Part shown: positions 19,858-40,324 of the stretch, piece by piece | Position numbering within the stretch: the stretch's first letter is position 1 | How the letters are laid out: every line of letters begins with the position of its first letter | Assembly (NCBI GenBank): GCA_963791045.1 | Contig: CAWBQK010000005.1 | Coordinates: 17,484 to 81,483, forward strand | Direction: 5' to 3' | Origin: Candidatus Latescibacterota bacterium | GTDB taxonomy: Bacteria; Krumholzibacteriota; Krumholzibacteriia; WVZY01 | DNA: 64,000 nt | Notes under the pieces: model-generated | What the model was told of the DNA's origin: nothing | The model's database searches: none | Seen by the model: the letters and a program-made list of their open reading frames with translations, nothing else | Translations under genes and position numbers: made by a program

Positions 19858-21954
19858 TTAACTATTCACGGCTTTCCCGTGAAAACTACTCACAAGCTGA
19901 TCCGAGACATCTTTCGGGAGTTTTTCATAACGTGAGAACTGCATTGTATAAACCGCGCGGCCCTGCGTGAGGGATCTCAGCGTGGTCGCATAACCAAACA
20001 TTTCCGCGAGTGGAACTCGCGCCGCGATAACTTGTGCGTCGGAACGTCTAAACATGCCCCCGACCCTCCCTCTCCGCGAGCTCAGATCGGCCATGACGTC
20101 CCCCATGTATTCTTCAGGAACAACAACTTCGACATCCATGATCGGTTCGAGCATGACCGGCCCCGCCTTGCGCATCGCTTCGCTTGACCGCCATGGAAGC
20201 CGCCATCCGGAACGCGATCTCGCTCGAATCGACATCGTGCGAACGACCCGTCGAGAAGCGTGGCCTTGACGCCAACCACCGGGTATCCGGCGAGGACCCC
20301 CGAGGTCAGAGCGTCTTTGATCCCCTTCTCGACCGCCGAGATGTATTCTCTGGGAACCGTGCCGCCGACGACACGATTCTCAAAAATAAATTCGTCGCCT
20401 TCCGGGTTCGGTTCAATTTCGAGAACAACGTGGCCGTACTGACCGTGCCCGCCGGTCTGCTTGACGAACTTGTGCTCGGCTTCGGTCAGCTTCTGGATCG
20501 ATTCCTTGTACGCAACCTGCGGCCGGCCGACATTGGCGCCGACCTTAAATTCTCTGAGCATCCGGTCGACAAGGATCTCGAGATGGAGCTCGCCCATCCC
20601 CGAAATAATTGTCTGTCCGGTCTCTTCATCCACATGGACCTGAAAAGTCGGATCCTCTTCGCTCAATTTCTCGAGCGCCTGTGAGAGCTTTTCCTGGTCG
20701 GCCTTGGTCTTTGGCTCGATCGCCACCGTGATGACCGGCTCCGGGAAGTGCATCTCTTCGAGCAGGATCGGATGCTTGATGTCGCAAATCGTATCTCCCG
20801 TACTCGCCTTCCTCAACCCAACGACCGCGGCAATATCACCTGAATAAATCGCGTCGCGCTCTTCGCGCTTGTTGGCGTGCATCTGAACGAGACGGCCAAT
20901 CCGTTCCTTCTTGTTGGTCGTCACGTTGATGATCGTGCCTCCCGTCTTCGCGACACCGCTGTACACCCGGATGTAAGTTAGCTTGCCGATGTACGGATCG
21001 GTCATAATTTTGAAAACAATCGCGGAGAAAGGCTCGTCGTCGCCCACTTTTCTAACTTCTTCTTTTTTGGTGTAAGGATTGATCCCGACAACAGGAGGAA
21101 CATCCAGAGGGGAAGGCAAATACGCGAGCACGGCATCGAGGAGTTTCTGAACGCCCTTGTTTTTGAAAGCGGCGCCACAGAGAACCGGGACAAACTCGAC
21201 ACTGATTGTCGCCTTGCGGATCGCGTCCACAATGCGCTCGCTCGACGTGTCGTCGCGTCTCGACAAAATCGTGCATTACATCGTCGTCGAATTCGGCGAG
21301 TGATTCCACGAGGTGCTCGCGGTATTCCTGCGCCTGCGGGAGAAGATCCTTCGGAATCTCCTCTTCCTGGTATGTAGCGCCTTGCGTCTCTTCGTTGTAG
21401 AAGTAGGCTTTCATCTTGACCAGATCGATGATACCGGTAAACAGGTCACCGCTACCGATCGGAAGCTGGATCGGCACCGCGTTGGCGCCAAGCCGTTCGC
21501 GCATCATCGAAACGACGTTGTAAAAATCGGCCCCCATACGGTCCATCTTGTTGACAAAAGCGATACGCGGGACCTGATACTTGTCTGCCTGCCGCCAGAC
21601 CGTCTCCGACTGGGGCTCAACACCACCCACCGAACAAAAAACACCAACGGCGCCGTCGAGAACCCGAAGGCTCCGTTCGACTTCAACGGTGAAGTCAACG
21701 TGTCCCGGCGTGTCGATGATGTTCACTCGATGGTCGTTCCAGAAAGCAGTCGTCGCGGCCGAGGTAATCGTAATCCCCCGCTCCTTCTCCTGCTCCATCC
21801 AGTCCATAATGGCCGCGCCATCGTGCACTTCGCCCATGCGATGCGTCTTGCCGGTATAGAACAGCATCCGCTCAGTGAGCGTTGTTTTACCCGCATCGAT
21901 GTGGGCCATGATGCCGATGTTGCGAACTTTATCGAGTGGTACCAATCGTGCCAT
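19858..21954 (-). CDS. fusA: elongation factor G (several frameshifts)
   Basis: [34 protein letters not shown]. Confidence 0.96.
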
Positions 21955-22166
21955 TTTATTCTTTGCCCGACCAGTCCCGCGACCAATCGAGCAAGCCGGC
22001 TCGATTGATCAGCGAATGACCGTGGGGCTATTGATGGTTATTACATTTAGGTGCTCTAAACACCCGCTCACAAACACTATGGTCGTCCTTACTGCTTAAC
22101 CTTGGAAGTCTTAAGAACCCTATGTTTGTGCAAAACAAATATTTGGGACACTGCACAGGCCGTTTG

Positions 22167-22638
<472 letters not shown>

Positions 22639-22656
22639 ATCTAATTCCGCTTCGTG

Positions 22657-23033
22657 TTATGCCGACTTCGGCTTTTTCACGCCGTACTTCGATCGCGCGT
22701 TATGTCTGCCTTCCACACCTGAAGTATCCAGGACACCACGGATAACGTGGTAACGCACACCCGGCAAGTCTTTTACACGTCCGCCGCGAATCAACACGAT
22801 TGAGTGCTCTTGCAAGTTGTGACCTTCACCTGGAATGTAGGCGGTGACTTCAAACCCGTTGGTGAGCCGCACACGTGCGACTTTCCGCATCGCCGAATTC
22901 GGTTTCTTTGGTGTCAGCGTGTAAACACGCGTGCACACGCCCCGTTTTTGCGGACAAGCCGTCATCGCCGGGGTCTTTGATTTGGACTTCTGGGGTCACG
23001 CCCCGTTCTTATCAATTGGTTAACAGTAGGCAC
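22657..23033 (-). CDS. rpsL: 30S ribosomal protein S12 (frameshift near 22992)
   Basis: [38 protein letters not shown]. Confidence 0.96.
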
Positions 23034-23191
23034 AAACTATCCCTCTGACTAGGTCGTACAAACTACCCGTTCGGATTTGCAGAATTGTGGATAACCTCCA
23101 CAACTGCAAATCTTGCAACAAATTAGCTCTATTTTCGATGTAGATGGGCCAGGACATTTCCAGGCAAGAAAAGTAGAGCAAGCGAAGTACG

Positions 23192-23220
23192 AATTTAGCC
23201 CTAAGTCTATAATTTGTCAA
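23192..23220 (-). promoter_or_regulatory. sigma70 promoter of str operon
   Basis: TTGACA-17bp-TAAATT in AT-rich intergenic region. Confidence 0.7.
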
Positions 23221-23308
23221 GAGATTTCCACTTTGGAAAATATCTTTTTTGCCACAGGCGTAAGGGCTCAACCCCTGAAAAAAATCAATTTTTCTGGGGA
23301 AAATTCGA

Positions 23309-31334
<8,026 letters not shown>

Positions 31335-31425
31335 GTCGAACCTCGATGATCTCGTTAAGACTCACGCGATCAGTGCAAAAACGAATGCGGTCCTGCCTCA
31401 AGCACAGGCCGGAGTGGAACGCCCA

Positions 31426-31827
31426 CTACTTGATTTCGATTGAACCGCCGACTTCTTCGACCTGTTTCTTGATCGATTCGGCTTCTTCCTTCGCAATCGC
31501 TTCTTTGATCGGGCTCGGAGCGGCTTCAACGAGATCCTTCGCCTCTTTGAGTCCGAGGCTCGTGATCGCGCGAACGACCTTGATGACTTTGATCTTCTCG
31601 GAACCGATGGCCGAGAGGATTACGTCAAATTCGGTCTTTTCTTCCTCGGCTTCGGCCGGGGCACCGGCAGCCATCATCGGCATCGCAGCCATCGGCGCGG
31701 CAGCGGTGACACCAAATTTTTCTTCGAGATTCGTCACGAGCTCGGACATTTCGAGCAACGTGAGGCCTTCGATGATCTCCATCGCTTGTTCGACGTTGTT
31801 TTTCTTAGCAGCCTTTGCTGTAGCCAT
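31426..31827 (-). CDS. rplL: 50S ribosomal protein L7/L12
   Basis: [21 protein letters not shown]. Confidence 0.98.
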   Translation of the reverse strand: MATAKAAKKNNVEQAMEIIEGLTLLEMSELVTNLEEKFGVTAAAPMAAMPMMAAGAPAEAEEEKTEFDVILSAIGSEKIKVIKVVRAITSLGLKEAKDLVEAAPSPIKEAIAKEEAESIKKQVEEVGGSIEIK

Positions 31828-31851
31828 CTCTCTGACTCCTTGCTTACAGGG

Positions 31852-32415
31852 TTATTCACTACCTTCGCCCGTTTGCGGCGCGTCTCCACTCGCGGGCTCC
31901 GACTCTTTTTTCTCGATTATTGCGTTTATCGCATAGAGAAGATTTCTCAATGTCCCTTCGAGGACGGATACGAGATTGTTCCCGGGGCCCTTGAGCCCAC
32001 CAAGAAGCTGGGACAGAAGTTCGTCTTTCGACGGGAGCTTCGAGAGCGCCAGCACCTGGGTCGCGTCGATAACATCTCCCGCGACGACTCCCGCTTTGAA
32101 AACGGGGGCCTCGTGTTCTTTGGCAAAATCGGACAGGATCTTGGCCGGAATATTCTCGCTCTCGCGACTGATCGCAAGCGCCGTCGGCCCCTCGAAATGC
32201 TCTTCGAGGCCCTCTCCTGTCGTGCCTTTGATACTCCGTTTGGCCAGCCTGTTTTTGACGACGATATACTCGACGTTATTTTCGCGGCAGACCTTGCGAA
32301 GCCGGGAAATCTTTTCAACGTTCAGTCCCGTAAAATCATTGAGAACAACGGAAGTCGCCTCGTTGAAGGCTTCCGTCAGTTCTTCGACTCTCTTTACTTT
32401 TTCCGGGCGCGGCAT
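31852..32415 (-). CDS. rplJ: 50S ribosomal protein L10
   Basis: VVKNRLAK; EGPTA; LSKLPSKDELL. Confidence 0.97.
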   Translation of the reverse strand: MPRPEKVKRVEELTEAFNEATSVVLNDFTGLNVEKISRLRKVCRENNVEYIVVKNRLAKRSIKGTTGEGLEEHFEGPTALAISRESENIPAKILSDFAKEHEAPVFKAGVVAGDVIDATQVLALSKLPSKDELLSQLLGGLKGPGNNLVSVLEGTLRNLLYAINAIIEKKESEPASGDAPQTGEGSE

Positions 32416-32439
32416 CCCCGCTCACCTCCTGGACTAGGA

Positions 32440-33141
32440 CTATCTGACTAGATTGATAATTTGCTGGGCGTCGAGTTTGATCGACGGCCCCATCGTCGAA
32501 GCAACGGAGATGCTTTTCAGATAGCGTCCCTTTGCCGATGAGGGTTTTGCCCGAAGCAATTCGGTGACAATCACCTTGATATTTTCGAAAAGCTGCTGCT
32601 CTTCGAATGATTTCTTGCCGACGGGAACGTGTATATTCGAACCCTTATCGACGCGGTACTCGATTTTACCGGCCTTTACTTCTTTCACGGCCCTGCCGAC
32701 ATCGAACGTGACCGTACCGCTCTTCGGGTTCGGCATGAGTCCCTTGGGACCAAGCACCCGCCCGAGCTTTCCAACCTCGCCCATGAGGTCGGGCGTAGCG
32801 ATGATGACGTCGATATCCATCCAGCCTTCTTGCAGCTTTGGAAGATATTCATCGGCGCCGACATGATCGGCTCCCGCCTCGGTTGCTTCCTTTTCCTTTT
32901 CGCCGCGGGCGATCACCAGAACGCGGACCGTCTGGCCGGTTCCATGCGGAAGCACGACAGTGCCACGTACCTGCTGATCGGCGTGTCTCGGGTCGACACC
33001 GAGGTTCGCCGACAGTTCGATGGTCTCATCGAACTTGGCCTTTGCCGATTGCTTGACGAGCGGCACCGCTTCTTCAAGCGAGTACTGCTTGAGCCGGTCG
33101 ACATTCTCGACCGACGCCTTGTAATTCTTGCCTCGTTTCAT
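32440..33141 (-). CDS. rplA: 50S ribosomal protein L1
   Basis: [30 protein letters not shown]. Confidence 0.98.
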   Translation of the reverse strand: MKRGKNYKASVENVDRLKQYSLEEAVPLVKQSAKAKFDETIELSANLGVDPRHADQQVRGTVVLPHGTGQTVRVLVIARGEKEKEATEAGADHVGADEYLPKLQEGWMDIDVIIATPDLMGEVGKLGRVLGPKGLMPNPKSGTVTFDVGRAVKEVKAGKIEYRVDKGSNIHVPVGKKSFEEQQLFENIKVIVTELLRAKPSSAKGRYLKSISVASTMGPSIKLDAQQIINLVR

Positions 33142-33647
33142 CCTTCGCTCCTTGAATCACTTTCGTCCGCCTGTGCATCCGTCAATTTCACGTCACTCGC
33201 ACCGCTTTGGGATTCGTCTTCCACTATGATTCCCATGCTCCGAGCCGTTCCCTTGATCATCAAAACGGCCGTCTCGAGCGACGAAGCATTCAGGTCGGTC
33301 ATCTTCGTCTTTGCAATCTCTTCGACCTGGGCCAGGGTGACGTTGCCCACCTTGTTTTTGTTGGGCTCACCCGAGGCTTTTGCAAGTCCGGCGGCCTGCT
33401 TGAGAAGAATGGCGGCCGGCGGGGTCTTGGTGATGAAAGTGAACGAACGGTCCGCATAAACGGTGAGCACGACCGGAATGATCACACCCGCCTGCTTTTG
33501 CGTCTTGGAGTTGAATGCTTTGCAGAACTCCATAATGTTGACACCGTGCTGACCGAGCGCGGGTCCAACAGGCGGCGCTGGTGTCGCGTTACCGCCGGGG
33601 ATCTGCAGCTTGATGTTCGTCATCACTTTCTTTTTGGGTCTTGCCAT
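33138..33647 (-). CDS. rplK: 50S ribosomal protein L11 (acidic C-terminal extension)
   Basis: [23 protein letters not shown]. Confidence 0.97.
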   Translation of the reverse strand: MARPKKKVMTNIKLQIPGGNATPAPPVGPALGQHGVNIMEFCKAFNSKTQKQAGVIIPVVLTVYADRSFTFITKTPPAAILLKQAAGLAKASGEPNKNKVGNVTLAQVEEIAKTKMTDLNASSLETAVLMIKGTARSMGIIVEDESQSGASDVKLTDAQADESDSRSEG

Positions 33648-33735
33648 CGTTGTCTCCTGTTCCCTCGTACCATCAATAAATAAATACTGCCGTCGCGCCC
33701 ATTCACACGGCGACCGAACATATCAGTCTTATTGC

Positions 33736-34581
33736 TTAGACGGGTTCGACCTGCAGAAAGTCGAGCTCAACCGGGGTTTCCCTGCCAAAAATACTCACGA
33801 GGACACGAAGCTTTCCCTTCTCCGAATTGATCTCGTCGATTACACCGGTGAAATCACTAAACGGACCGTCCTTGATCCGAATGTGTTCGCCGAGAGTGAA
33901 GGGAATCTCGGGAATGATCGTTTCTCTTTCCTTGTCCATCCGGCCGAGAATACGTTCGACTTCAGGCCCTGACAGCGGCTGCGGCTTTGCGCCCGTGCCG
34001 ACGAAACTCGTCACGCCGGGAATGGCATTGACGAGATGCCAGGACTCATCGCTCATGAACATCTCGATAAGGATGTAACTCGGAAAAAATTTCCTGGTCG
34101 TAACGGTCTTCTTACCCTTCTTCATCTCCGCCACCTCTTCGGTGGGGACGATCAACCGGCCGAATTCGGGGCCGATGTTCGAGGTGTTGACCATTTTCAG
34201 AATATTCTCTTTAACTTTGTTTTCGTGCCCCGAGTACGTGTGGATGACGTACCACTTCATCGGGAGTTTGTTTTCTTCTTCCACGGCTTCCGTGTCCGGC
34301 GTGTCGGCGCCCGCTTTTTCCTTTTTACCCTTTTTGGCTTTTTTATCGGTGGGCTCCGGCGCGTCTTCGGCAGCTTCAACCTCGACAGGAGCTTCGGCGG
34401 CGCTTTCGGCTTCCTCTGTCGCTTCTGTTTCCTGGACGTCGGAACTCTCGCCAGCTTCAGCCTCAACCGGAACGTCGACGGATTCCTCGGCAACTTCGGC
34501 CGTTTCGGCCGTTTCGACGTCGGGGGTTTCTACTTCTTCGGGCTCGGTGGCCGCGGTATTCTTCTTTTCTTCGGTAGCCAT
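33736..34581 (-). CDS. nusG: transcription termination/antitermination factor NusG with long acidic N-terminal extension
   Basis: WYVIHTYSGHENKV; VSIFGRETPVEL. Confidence 0.96.
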   Translation of the reverse strand: MATEEKKNTAATEPEEVETPDVETAETAEVAEESVDVPVEAEAGESSDVQETEATEEAESAAEAPVEVEAAEDAPEPTDKKAKKGKKEKAGADTPDTEAVEEENKLPMKWYVIHTYSGHENKVKENILKMVNTSNIGPEFGRLIVPTEEVAEMKKGKKTVTTRKFFPSYILIEMFMSDESWHLVNAIPGVTSFVGTGAKPQPLSGPEVERILGRMDKERETIIPEIPFTLGEHIRIKDGPFSDFTGVIDEINSEKGKLRVLVSIFGRETPVELDFLQVEPV

Positions 34582-34638
34582 GTCTTTTCAGTTCCTCAAG
34601 GGACGTATGAATGTCGGATTATTTGTATATGTTTCGGC

Positions 34639-34824
34639 TTATCTAAATACAAACTTGATGATTGTGCTCAGAACCTGATCGACCAGCCCGATAAAAATCG
34701 TCAGCAGAATCGACGCAACAACGACGACGCGTGTCGCTTCTTTGAGCTCTTCTTTGTTCGGCCACGTAACCTTCTTGAGTTCAATCCGAGTTTCCGCCAG
34801 GTAATTTTTTAGTCTCTCCCACAT
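34639..34824 (-). CDS. secE: preprotein translocase SecE
   Basis: ELKKVTWP motif plus TM helix; upstream of nusG. Confidence 0.95.
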   Translation of the reverse strand: MWERLKNYLAETRIELKKVTWPNKEELKEATRVVVVASILLTIFIGLVDQVLSTIIKFVFR

Positions 34825-34946
34825 CGACGTGCCTTACCGTTTCGTTTTATGTGTTGGTTCGCGGGACTCCGGTTGAAGAGATCTCTCTCGAGCAAAACGT
34901 CGATAACTCCGTCGTTGGCTCCGAAGACCGCTTTTTCAAAAAGGGA

Positions 34947-35023
34947 TGGCAGGCCCGGCAGGAATCGAACCTGCAACCCCCGGTTTTGGAGACCGGTGCT
35001 CTGCCTAATTGAGCTACGGACCT
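34947..35023 (-). tRNA. tRNA-Trp(CCA)
   Basis: AGGTCCGTAGCTCAA...CT-CCA-AA...GGTTCGATTCC...CCA. Confidence 0.96.
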
Positions 35024-35142
35024 GCGGATGCTGCCTAACGAGAGCCGATCGTCCCAGCTCCGCAAAAAATGTGTCCACCGTTGTCGGCCTTGCCCTCATC
35101 CCGCGAGGCGAAGAGTCGAGCTCAGCCAACTTTTTCTTCTAC

Positions 35143-36337
<1,195 letters not shown>

Positions 36338-36361
36338 GTGCCTCCCTCCGGAGATTGACGC

Positions 36362-36437
36362 TGGAGCCCTCGACCGGAATCGAACCGGTGACCTTTTGCT
36401 TACCATGCAAATGCTCTACCGACTGAGCTACGAGGGC
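36362..36437 (-). tRNA. tRNA-Thr(GGT)
   Basis: GCCCTCGTAGCTCAG...AT-GGT-AA...GGTTCGATTCC...CCA. Confidence 0.96.
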
Positions 36438-36492
36438 GAAACACAGTATTTCGAATGAGTAACACTTACAACAAACCAACTAACAAAAAAAA

Positions 36493-36569
36493 TGGAGCGG
36501 GAAACGGGATTCGAACCCGCGACTCTCAGCTTGGAAGGCTGATGCTCTAGCCAGCTGAGCTATTCCCGC
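36493..36569 (-). tRNA. tRNA-Gly(TCC)
   Basis: GCGGGAATAGCTCAG...CT-TCC-AA...GGTTCGAATCC...CCA. Confidence 0.96.
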
Positions 36570-36589
36570 CCACCGTAATTGCAAAAAAG

Positions 36590-36674
36590 TGGTGGGGAGG
36601 GGAGGATTTGAACCTCCGAAGGCTTCGCCGACAGATTTACAGTCTGTTCCCTTTGACCACTCGGGAACCTCCCC
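36590..36674 (-). tRNA. tRNA-Tyr(GTA)
   Basis: GGGGAGGTTCCCGAG...CT-GTA-AA, long variable arm, CCA. Confidence 0.96.
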
Positions 36675-36847
36675 GGCACTTGTCTACCGCAATCCAATCA
36701 AACGGAAAGAGACACAAAAACCCAGCGACTTTAAAGCCGTGGGGTATCGTATCCCTCCACTTACAATTTGGTGCTTTTAAACTAATTGAAGAGAGATTAT
36801 AAAAACAGCCCGCTCGGTTTTTATATCAGGCTCTATCGCTCAAATTT

Positions 36848-36922
36848 TGGAGCTGGCGAAGGGACTTGAACCCCCAACATCCTCATTACAAATGAGGTGC
36901 TCTACCATTGAGCTACGCCAGC
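36848..36922 (-). tRNA. tRNA-Thr(TGT)
   Basis: GCTGGCGTAGCTCAA...TT-TGT-AA...GGTTCAAGTCC...CCA. Confidence 0.96.
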
Positions 36923-36963
36923 CTACACTGCGCCCACCCGAAAATTCGGGACGCAGAAGCGTA

Positions 36964-36992
36964 AATATAGACGGGCGAGGGATATCTGTCAA
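36964..36992 (-). promoter_or_regulatory. sigma70 promoter of tRNA-tuf operon
   Basis: TTGACA-17bp-TATATT. Confidence 0.75.
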
Positions 36993-37145
36993 GTGCAAAA
37001 ATAACAGAATCAGGGAGATAAAGTCAACGGGCAATTTATAAACAGTCACCAAGAATTATGTGGATAACTTTATTTTTTTTATTTTATGAAATCAGGGGGC
37101 GCCGCCGGGCGCCCCCAATTTCCGGTTCGAAAAATCGCTTTTTGG

Positions 37146-38153
37146 TTACTCCGCCGTCTCCGGTGGAGCCGATTTTTTCTTGGTCTCACACGAAGTCGCC
37201 ACTCCGGACGCCGCCATTCCCGCGCCCGGCGCGCCGGGCGCGCCGATCTTCTCCTTCAGGAGCTCACCGATACCGGCAATACTCCCCAGAACACCACTCG
37301 TTTCGAGCGGAAGGAAGACCTTGGTCGCCTTGCCATCGGCAATCTGTTGCAGGGCCTCAAGATACTTGATCGCGATAAGATCGTTGGTTGGATTGCCGCG
37401 GTGAATCGCCCCGTACACATTCTCAATCGCCTCGGCCTCGCCCGCCGCCACCGTAAGCTTCTCAAACTTAGTGGCTTCCGCAACTTTTTGAATGGCCTGA
37501 GCCCTGCCCTCCGCTTCGAGGATCGCGGCCTGCCGGACACCCTCGGCCTCGAGGATCGCCGATCTTTTCGCGCCCTCGGCCTCAAGAATCATCGCACGCC
37601 GTTCACGCTCGGCCTTCATCTGGCGATGCATGGCGTTGGTGACGTCCTGCGGGGGCTCGATTTTCTGAAGTTCGACACGGGTGACCTTGGTCCCCCACTT
37701 ATCGGTGGCGTCATCGAGAATCTCGCGAAGACGGGTGTTGATGAGTTCTCGCGACGTGAGAGATTCATCCAACGCCAAGTCACCAATCAGGTTACGGAGG
37801 TTGGTCTGGGCGAGCTTGGTCGCCGCGATGTAGAAGTTCTCCACATTATATGTGTTTTTTATGGGGTCGGTGACCTCGTAGTAGACGACAGCGTCGACCT
37901 CAACCGCAACGTTATCTTTTGTAATAACTTGCTGGGGAGGAACGTCAACGACCTGTTCGCGCATATCGACTTTCATGATTCGCTCGATGAACGGGATGAT
38001 GATCGTGAGCCCGCTGTCCGCCGTCCGCTGGTACTTTCCCAGGCGCTCGATCAGACCCTTCTCCCACGGGCGGACGATCTTTAACCCGGTCGCCGCCATA
38101 ATAAATACGACAAAAGCTATTGCAAACAATACAACTATAAAACCTGCATCCAT
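37146..38153 (-). CDS. SPFH/band-7 (stomatin/QmcA-like) membrane protein
   Basis: ERLGKY, QVITKDNV, AMHRQMKAERERRA, ILEAEG repeats. Confidence 0.95.
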   Translation of the reverse strand: MDAGFIVVLFAIAFVVFIMAATGLKIVRPWEKGLIERLGKYQRTADSGLTIIIPFIERIMKVDMREQVVDVPPQQVITKDNVAVEVDAVVYYEVTDPIKNTYNVENFYIAATKLAQTNLRNLIGDLALDESLTSRELINTRLREILDDATDKWGTKVTRVELQKIEPPQDVTNAMHRQMKAERERRAMILEAEGAKRSAILEAEGVRQAAILEAEGRAQAIQKVAEATKFEKLTVAAGEAEAIENVYGAIHRGNPTNDLIAIKYLEALQQIADGKATKVFLPLETSGVLGSIAGIGELLKEKIGAPGAPGAGMAASGVATSCETKKKSAPPETAE

Positions 38154-38155
38154 CG

Positions 38156-38620
38156 CTATGCTCCTTCCTCAGACGAGCTGGCTTGCCCGGCGTCGGCGAC
38201 GACGAGATGCGTACCGCTAATCCGGGTGACAACGACCCTGGTCCCCACAGTGATAACCTTTCCGGATTCGCTTTCGGCCCGCCATTCCTCGCGGTCCATC
38301 CGAACACGGCCGGTGTTCTTGTCGTTGTCGATTTCTTCCAATACTATGCACGGCTCACCGATAAACCGGTCGGCCCCGATTCCCGGGGGCTGCTGCTTCG
38401 TAAAGCGATCGGCGAACTTCCTCGATACGGCGAAGAGCGTGAATGAAACCACGATAAAGGCCCCGAGCTGAGAGGCCATACTCGCGCCGAGAAGCGCGAG
38501 GACGCCCGCCACGGCGGCCCCAACTCCAAACCAGAGAAGGAAAAACGCCGCGGTGAAGATCTCGCCGACGACGAAGACCGCCGCAAGAATGATCCAAATC
38601 CACCAGATATTTGTCGACAT
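38156..38620 (-). CDS. NfeD-like membrane partner of SPFH protein
   Basis: TM helices then OB fold (GRVRMDREEWRA); canonical pairing with SPFH gene. Confidence 0.9.
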   Translation of the reverse strand: MSTNIWWIWIILAAVFVVGEIFTAAFFLLWFGVGAAVAGVLALLGASMASQLGAFIVVSFTLFAVSRKFADRFTKQQPPGIGADRFIGEPCIVLEEIDNDKNTGRVRMDREEWRAESESGKVITVGTRVVVTRISGTHLVVADAGQASSSEEGA

Positions 38621-38731
38621 TTTGGCTGCCTCCCGTCTGTAACTCAGTGATTCGTTACTAGAACTACCTCGCGCCACCCGATTTATTCAAGACGGGAGAG
38701 GCTTATCATGACGAAATCGACCGTAGCCACG

Positions 38732-38776
38732 AAAAAACGGCCGGGACGCCCCGCGCATGCGGGATGTTCCGGCCGT
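38732..38776 (-). terminator. intrinsic terminator after cysS
   Basis: ACGGCCGGAAC...GTCCCGGCCGT stem followed by T-run. Confidence 0.8.
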
Positions 38777-38806
38777 CAAATTAAACGATCGGAGGACTCT
38801 CCTGGG

Positions 38807-40241
38807 TTACTTCTTTCTAACCCTCGACCCCTCCGCTGAATCCTCGATGATATAGCCCTTTGCGTCGAGCTCATCTCGTATCTCGTCTGCCCTCTGAAAG
38901 TTACGGTCCTTCCTCGCCTGCTGACGCTCCTCGGCCAGCGCGAGGATTTCGGGGGGCGCCTCATCGACCCCGGACGGGAATCCATCGGGGAAGATCCCGA
39001 GAACCTCGTCAAAGACGATGATCGCATCCTTCAATGCCTGGAGGGCCTCACGATCCTCGGTCACCGTCGCGCCCTTCTTGTCGACGAGTTTGTAATACGT
39101 TTTTACCAGGTCGAACACCGCGCCGAGCGCGCCGGCGCTATTGAAATCATCATCCATCGCTTCGAAGAAACTCGTCCTGGTCTCCTCGATGGCTTCTTTG
39201 AGGCTGGTTCCCGCCGGGCTCGAAATCCCGTCCGAGTCACCAAGTTTCTTGAGATTGTCTTCGATCGAAATACAGGCGAGCTGCATCCGCTCGAACCCGC
39301 GCTTGGCCTCTTCGAGCCGCTCGCGCGAGTACTCTGTTTGTTTGCGGAAGTGCGACGAGAGAAAGTAGAAACGGACGACATCGCCGGAGAATTCGGCGAG
39401 CACATCCTCCATCGCGAAGAAGTGCCCGGTAGATTTCGACATCTTCTCGCCCTTGAGATTCAGCAGGCCGTTGTGGAGCCAAAAGTGAACGAATGGCTTC
39501 TCGGTCGCCGCCTCCGACTGTGCGAGTTCGTTTTCGTGATGCGGGAAGATGAGATCTTCGCCGCCGCCGTGAAAGTCGAGCGTCTCGCCGAGGTATTTCA
39601 TCGACATCGCCGAGCACTCGATATGCCATCCGGGACGGCCTCGGCCCCACGGACTGTCCCAGCCGGGCTCGCCCGGCTTCGCACCCTTCCAAAGCGCAAA
39701 GTCGAGCGGATCTTCCTTATGCTCGCCGACGGCAATCCGCGCACCCGACATCAGATCGTCCACGCGGCGCTTCGAGAGCTTGCCGTACTCCTCGAATGTC
39801 CGCACACGAAAGTACACATCGCCGCCCGCCGGCATACGCGTGGTCCTTGTCGACAAGCTGTTGAATCAGATCGAGGATCTCTTTTATATGCTCGGTCGCC
39901 TTCGGATATTCCGTCGCCTTGCGGATGTGAAGCTTGTTGGCCGCGTCGAAGTACGCGTCGATATTTCGCTGGGCGACTTCTTTGAAGTCGAGCCCCTCGT
40001 CGTTCGCCTTGTCGATGATCTTATCGTCGACATCGGTGAAGTTCTGGACGTACGAGACCTCATACCCTTTGAACTCGAGGTAGCGGCGGATCATGTCACC
40101 CGCGACGAAGGCCAGCATGTGACCCATGTGCGGCTTGTCCTGAACGGTCATTCCGCAGAAATACATCCCGACCTTGCCGTCTGTGACCGGCTGGAATTCG
40201 ATTTTCTTTGCGCGTTGTGTGTCGTAAACCTTGAGTGACAT
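38807..40241 (-). CDS. cysS: cysteine--tRNA ligase (frameshift near 39830)
   Basis: CGMTVQDKPHMGH; DFALWK; GRPGWHIECSAM; KMSKS. Confidence 0.96.
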
Positions 40242-40324
40242 CTCGTCCCTCCGCTGGGTTCCTTGTTGTCTGTTGTAATTATCGTGCTTCGTCGCGTGTG
40301 TTGATTTCTATCCATGCTCTGAAT

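Noticed and set aside
37030-37090. Replication origin
   Set aside because: Only one perfect DnaA box and no dnaA/dnaN context
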